DNA of 16,646 nucleotides from Octopus sinensis (Eukaryota): assembly GCF_006345805.1 (NCBI RefSeq), contig NW_021825818.1, positions 1 to 16,646 on the forward strand, given 5' to 3'. The translations under genes and the position numbers were made by a program. Of this stretch, positions 12,338-16,646 are shown piece after piece (position 1 is the first letter of the stretch; the number at the start of each line of letters is the position of its first letter). The notes beneath the pieces are model-generated. The model saw nothing but the letters and a program-made list of their open reading frames with translations, was not told the origin of the DNA and did no database searches.

Positions 12338-12338
12338 G
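10631..12338. repeat. Direct tandem duplication, unit ~0.85 kb, bounded by (ATT)n tracts
   Basis: aagatgaaaaaatagggtggg at 10677 and 11528; ccttagtatt at 11451 and 12292. The (ATT)n junction at 11458-11527 fuses the end-type and start-type tracts. Confidence 0.92.
11120..11457 (+). mobile_element. Two head-to-tail tRNA-derived SINE-like family B fragments (repeated at ~11960-12297)
   Basis: Each has a B-box-like gagttcaaa, then ggt[tc]gata.aa..ag.cccagt...actgg...atgtaatt...cc.aaaatt and an (ATT)n tail. Homologous to the reverse complement of 16011-16212. Confidence 0.6.
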
Positions 12339-12895
12339 AGTGAGAGAGCAGTGCATGTCATCAAAGTGACACTGGGGTAAAATATACGAAGCCTAGTACA
12401 CCCACCATGACTACCCGTCTGATAAGGGTACACCAGGCACATGCATCACAACCATATGTGTGCACGACATGGCGATCTCATATCAAGATAAACAGCACAT
12501 GACCTTGCATGTGGAGCCCAGTTAGAATTTTCTTCAGGTCAAGTAGCCCATCCTGCTCAAAAGGTCCCTGAATAAGGGTTGTTTAAGGATGTTGAATGAA
12601 ACATCCATGTTTCGAGGGGTGAATTATTCAAGCCCCAAAGAATCCTTCTCAACACATGGCTATGATGCTCCCCCACTACTTCTGTTCGTGATTAGAGATG
12701 CACATATCGTCAGCCACTAAGGGACATGCTCAACTGGTTACGGTCAAACAACTGACAAGCAAATCTGGTATTGAGCAGAATATTTGCAGTAGGCCATCTT
12801 TTATACCAAGACAAAACAATGTACATGATAACACTTCCAATCAGTTAAGATGAGGAGCCACGGGAGCCAGTACCTGGAACTGCATCAGGGCATGT
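12339..12895 (-). mobile_element. Probable interspersed repeat ending in a (TAA)n tail
   Basis: Abrupt GC-richer non-coding block abutting the (ATT)n tract at 12298-12338. There is no second copy in the window, so the call is inference. Confidence 0.35.
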
Positions 12896-12989
12896 AAACT
12901 AACATTGCTCAACCCTTTAAAACTTGGACTTTATAATTAAACTAATAGTAAACAATTATTATATAATTCATTATAACTAACTCTTCATG

Positions 12990-13310
12990 AAACCATTGAA
13001 ACTAACTTTGACATGCCATCAAAATTTTGTCTAAACCATAAAGACCAATCCAGACATGCTATTAACATCTTGTCTGAACCATTAAAATCAATCCCGACAA
13101 GCCATTAAAATCTTGTCAGAAAAATTAAGACTAATCCGAAGCATTATAATCAACCCAGACATGCCATTAAAATTTTATTGTAACCATTAAAATCAATCCA
13201 GATATGCAATTAAAACCTTGTCGGGACCATTAAAACCAAATCAAATACGGCATTAACATATTGTCTAAACCATTAAAACTAACCCTGACAAGTCATTAAA
13301 ACTTTTAAAA
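12990..13310. repeat. Degenerate 43-bp minisatellite (~7 units, decaying to ~13440)
   Basis: gacatgccat..aatcca units start at 13010, 13053, 13096, 13158, 13201, 13244 and 13287. Each unit contains two cattaaaa-like submotifs. Confidence 0.85.
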
Positions 13311-13474
13311 CAGAAGTCACTAAAACTAAATCTAACCACAAGAGACTGATCATGCTATTAAAATCCGCACTCATTAAACTATTAAATTCAGTTTAAAAAC
13401 ATTAAAATTGCAATCAAGCATTAAAATTAACCATGTCCACATCATTTAAATCAAATTAACAACTATCACTTGAC

Positions 13475-13685
13475 TTCTTTAGTTGCTTCAGTCATTAGAC
13501 TGTGGCCATGATGGAGCACTGCCTCAGAGGGTTTTAGTTGGATGAATCAACCCCAGAAGGTAGTTCTTTTTTAAAGCCAGGTACTTACTCTATCAGTCTC
13601 TTTTGTAGAACCACTAAGTCATGGAAACATTAAAAAAAAAACCAACACTGGTTGTCACGTAGTCGTGGGGAAAAGACACAAACAT
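13475..13685 (-). mobile_element. SINE-like family A fragment
   Basis: Shares tcatt.gactgtggccatg.tggagcactgcc...tacttactctatca.tctcttttg with 16218-16432 and, inverted, with 15595-15825. Confidence 0.7.
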
Positions 13686-13783
13686 GCTAATGGTTGATTT
13701 TATGTTCATTTATAATAAAAACAAATTTTACAATAATCTGATGGGTAACTCAATACAAATTCATCATTCTTAAACATGGACAT

Positions 13784-13870
13784 TATTGACAGTATCTTTG
13801 AAGTTTTGACCAGCTAAGTCTTCAACGGATGACGGCTTAGCTCGCCAAAGCTTCAAAATCACTGTCAATA
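13784..13870. repeat. 87-nt imperfect hairpin (inverted repeat, ~40-bp arms)
   Basis: tattgacagtatctttgaagttttgaccagctaagtc aligns with tattgacagtgattttgaagctttggcgagctaagcc (reverse complement of 13834-13870); the loop is about acgga. Confidence 0.8.
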
Positions 13871-13934
13871 TTCTCTCTTCAGAATAACAAATGTGCGCGT
13901 ATGTGTGTTTATATATGTATATATGTATACATAA

Positions 13935-13999
<65 letters not shown>

Positions 14000-14099
14000 A
14001 AGTTAATCCAAACATGAAAACACAAAGAGAAAACACAACGCGAGGAGCTGGAACAAATATAGTATTATTGGACGTTCAGGAAGGAAGGGAAGAAGGAGG

Positions 14100-14134
14100 G
14101 TTTAATGTTTCGAGTGGAGCTCTTCGTCGGAAAC
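14100..14134 (-). ncRNA. Degenerate minimal hammerhead-like motif (second copy)
   Basis: Minus strand reads GUUU-CCGACGA-A-GAGC(UCC)ACUC-GAAA-CA-UU-AAAC, with a U4C core change and one helix II mismatch. Confidence 0.35.
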
Positions 14135-14175
14135 ATAGGAGAAAGAAAGATCCAGAGAAGGGAAGACAGACATAC

Positions 14176-14230
<55 letters not shown>

Positions 14231-14333
14231 AAGTTAATCCAAACATGAAAACACAAAGAGAAAACACAACAATGCGTAGATGTGGAACAAATATAGTATT
14301 ATTGGACGCTCAGGAAGGGAGGGAAGAAGGAAG

Positions 14334-14369
14334 GTTTTTATGTTTCGAGCGAAGCTCTTCATCAGAAAC
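14334..14369 (-). ncRNA. Minimal type-I hammerhead ribozyme-like motif
   Basis: Minus strand reads GUUU-CUGAUGA-A-GAGC(UUC)GCUC-GAAA-CA-UA-AAAAC: intact CUGAUGA and GAAA boxes, a 4-bp helix II, a vestigial helix III and a short weak helix I. Confidence 0.5.
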
Positions 14370-15280
14370 ATAGGAAAAGGAAAGATTCAGAGAAGGGAAG
14401 ACGGAGGAAAAAAATCGCCAACGGTACACACGCGGTCAAGCAGAGTTAGTGGTTATAATAACCAACTAAGGGATAAAATATCCGTATATACTATTGGTAA
14501 CAGTTACCCGTGTTATCTCTGGCCATGGGTATACATGCACACTATGCTCTTAGAGTACAGGCAACAACAGAATAAACGAAAGTTATCAGGAATCAAACAT
14601 ATATAATCCAGAAAATGGAGAAAACTCAGATCAACTAACAAATCAGTTGAAGCACATCTATAGCTTATTGTTTAATACAAAACATTACATAACATTTATG
14701 TGACATAACAATTCTTACAGCCATTTCTGCTTCTGATGCTAATCAGTGCCTATGAAAGAATTGTGAAAATAATATTCTTCATCTTCATAGGATATTCGAA
14801 CTAGAACATGGAGCTTCTTCAGAATGTAGTTCAAATATGATGATGAAGAATATTATTTTCACAATTCTTTCATAGGCACTGATTAGCATCAGAAGCAGAA
14901 ACGGCTGTAAGAATTGTTATGTCACATAAATGTTATGTAATGTTTTGTATTAAACAATAAGCTATAGATGTGCTTCAACTGATTTGTTAGTTGATCTGAG
15001 GTTTTCTCCATTTTCTGGATTATATATGTTTGATTCCTGATAAACTTTCGTTTATTCTGTTGTTGCCTGTACTCTAAGAGCATAGTGTGCATGTATACCC
15101 ATGGCCAGAGATAACACGGGTAACTGTTATCAATAGTATATACGGATATTTTATCCCTTAGTTGGTTATTATAACCACTAACTCTGCTTGACCGCGTGTG
15201 TACCGTTGGCGATTTTTTTCCTCCGTCTTCCCTTCTCTGAATCTTTCCTTTTCCTATGTTTCTGATGAAGAGCTCCGCTC
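14347..15280. repeat. Long inverted repeat: arms 14347-14789 and 14836-15280, 46-nt spacer
   Basis: The arms are reverse complements with about 6 differences by eye (4 substitutions, 2 single-base indels). The spacer pairs partly further (tattcgaacta / tagttcaaata). Confidence 0.95.
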
Positions 15281-15283
15281 TGG

Positions 15284-15342
<59 letters not shown>

Positions 15343-15425
15343 ATAGAAATGGTAAGACAACAAAAAGAATGAAGAGATCTCGATATTATGTAAATAGAAG
15401 AATTTATCTGTAAATGTAATATGTA

Positions 15426-15593
15426 ACAATTATTTGGTAGCCATGATAAAACTCCGAGTTCGGATGCTGAGGTGGAAATCCAAGCCAACATTTCTTCATT
15501 TTTTCTGATGGCCGGATAACTGAAGAGATGGCAGCATGGATTTCCACCTCGGCATCTGAACTCGGAGTTTTATCATTGCTACCGAATAATTGT
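15426..15593. repeat. 168-nt foldback element (MITE-like), ~75-bp arms
   Basis: acaattatttggtagccatgataaaactccgagttcggatgctgaggtggaaatcc pairs with ggatttccacctcggcatctgaactcggagttttatcattgctaccgaataattgt. No clear target-site duplication. Confidence 0.85.
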
Positions 15594-15594
15594 G

Positions 15595-15825
15595 TGTACG
15601 TGTGTGAGTGTTTGTATGTCCGTGGTTGTCCTCACCACCTTTGCTTAAGAACCGCTGTTGGTGCGTTTATGGCCCCATAACTTAGTTGTTTGGCAAAAGA
15701 GACCGATAGAATAAGTAGTAGGCTTACAAATTCCTGGGTCAATTTGTTTCAACTAAAGGCGGTGCACTAGCATGACTCCAGTCAAATGACTAAAACAAAT
15801 AAAAGAATAAAAGCATAAAAGAATA
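15595..15825 (+). mobile_element. SINE-like family A 3' part with aataaaag-type repeat tail
   Basis: gcaaaagagaccgatagaataagta...agcatgactccagtcaaatgactaaaacaaataaaagaataaaag is the reverse complement of the other family A copies. Confidence 0.7.
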
Positions 15826-15858
15826 TATACGTATATATATATACACACACATACATAC

Positions 15859-15998
15859 AATGGGCTTTTTAAAGTTTCCATTAACTAAATCCACTTGTAC
15901 GTCTTGGTCTGCCTGAGGCTATAGCAGAAGACAATTAGTCAAGGTGCCACACACTGGGATTGAACCTGGAACCATGTGATCACATAGCAAAGTTCTTA
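15859..15998 (-). mobile_element. tRNA-derived SINE head fragment
   Basis: Minus-strand B-box ggttcaatccc followed by a CORE-like ggcaccttgactaa segment. Confidence 0.5.
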
Positions 15999-16010
15999 GT
16001 CCAAAATAAG

Positions 16011-16212
16011 GATTTCAAATTTTGGCTCAAAGCCAGCAACTTCAGCCGAAGGGGAATAAGTGGATTACATCGACCCCAGTACACCACTGGTACTTATTTT
16101 ATTGACCCTGGATAGGATGAAAGGCAAAGTCAACCTTGGCAGAATTTGATCTCAGAACACAAAGACGGGTGAAATACGACAAGGGCATTTTGCCTGGGGT
16201 GCTAACGATTTC
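16011..16212 (-). mobile_element. SINE-like family B copy
   Basis: Minus strand reads gagatcaaattctgcc...gggtcaataaaataagtaccagtggtgtactggggtcgatgtaatc...gctggctttgagccaaaatttgaaatc, matching the 11120-11290 copy. Confidence 0.65.
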
Positions 16213-16217
16213 TCTTA

Positions 16218-16432
16218 TCTCTTTTCACTTGTTTCTTTTAATTGTTTCTGTTATCTGACTGTGGCCATGCTGGAGCAACAGCTTTAGTTGAACAAATCGA
16301 CCCCAGGACTTATTCTTTGTAACCCTAGTACTTACTCTATCAATCTCTTTTGCTGAACCGTTAATGTTATGGGGATGTAAAACACACCAACATTGATTGT
16401 CAAGTGATGGTGGTGCGACAAACACAGAAACA
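16218..16432 (-). mobile_element. SINE-like family A fragment
   Basis: gactgtggccatgctggagca...cgaccccaggacttattc...tacttactctatcaatctcttttgctgaaccg, homologous to 13475-13685. Confidence 0.7.
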
Positions 16433-16646
16433 CGATTACATAAATATATCTATCTATCTACTATCGATATATATTATATATTATATATATAGATATCTAT
16501 AGTATATATATGAAATATCATATAATAAGCAACACTTGCTTTCCTAAGTCTATATGGAATTTCATCATCGAAATGGCTATATCTGTAATAGTGTTCCCAT
16601 ACGTAGACAAACTGATCAACTACGTATATATATATATATACATATT

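Larger units (their letters stand above)
13940..14402 (-). mobile_element. Two diverged tandem ~230-bp units resembling Penelope-like element terminal repeats
   Basis: aagttaatccaaacatgaaaacacaaagag...gggaagac occurs at ~14000-14167 and ~14231-14402, differing mainly by substitutions. Each unit carries a hammerhead-like core on the minus strand. No RT or GIY-YIG ORF is seen, so the family call is inference. Confidence 0.5.

Noticed and set aside
12990-13310. CRISPR-like array
   Set aside because: Eukaryotic context; the units are degenerate tandem repeats without unique spacers, and there are no cas genes.
15950-15998. tRNA gene (B-box ggttcaatccc on the minus strand)
   Set aside because: No complete cloverleaf; it runs into SINE body sequence.

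Overview
AT-rich, microsatellite-dense eukaryotic DNA; the SINE-like repeats suggest a coleoid cephalopod such as Octopus (inference). The only protein-coding gene is a two-coding-exon 5-HT2-type serotonin GPCR on the minus strand (8319-7947 joined to 5818-3993; 2199 nt, 732 aa; phase-1 GT-AG intron of 2128 nt). It has a DRF motif instead of DRY and a third intracellular loop of about 370 aa. Upstream are two near-identical tandem duplications (~1.24 kb including a frameshifted exon-1 copy, and ~0.85 kb), both joined within microsatellites and dominated by indels, so probably assembly artefacts. Also upstream are several SINE-like fragments, a 43-bp minisatellite and a cluster of foldback structures (13.8-15.6 kb). 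That cluster includes a ~930-bp near-perfect palindrome whose outer ends carry minimal hammerhead-ribozyme-like motifs, typical of Penelope-like element termini. A further decayed hammerhead-like fold lies in the receptor intron in the sense orientation. All alignments and folds were done by eye.
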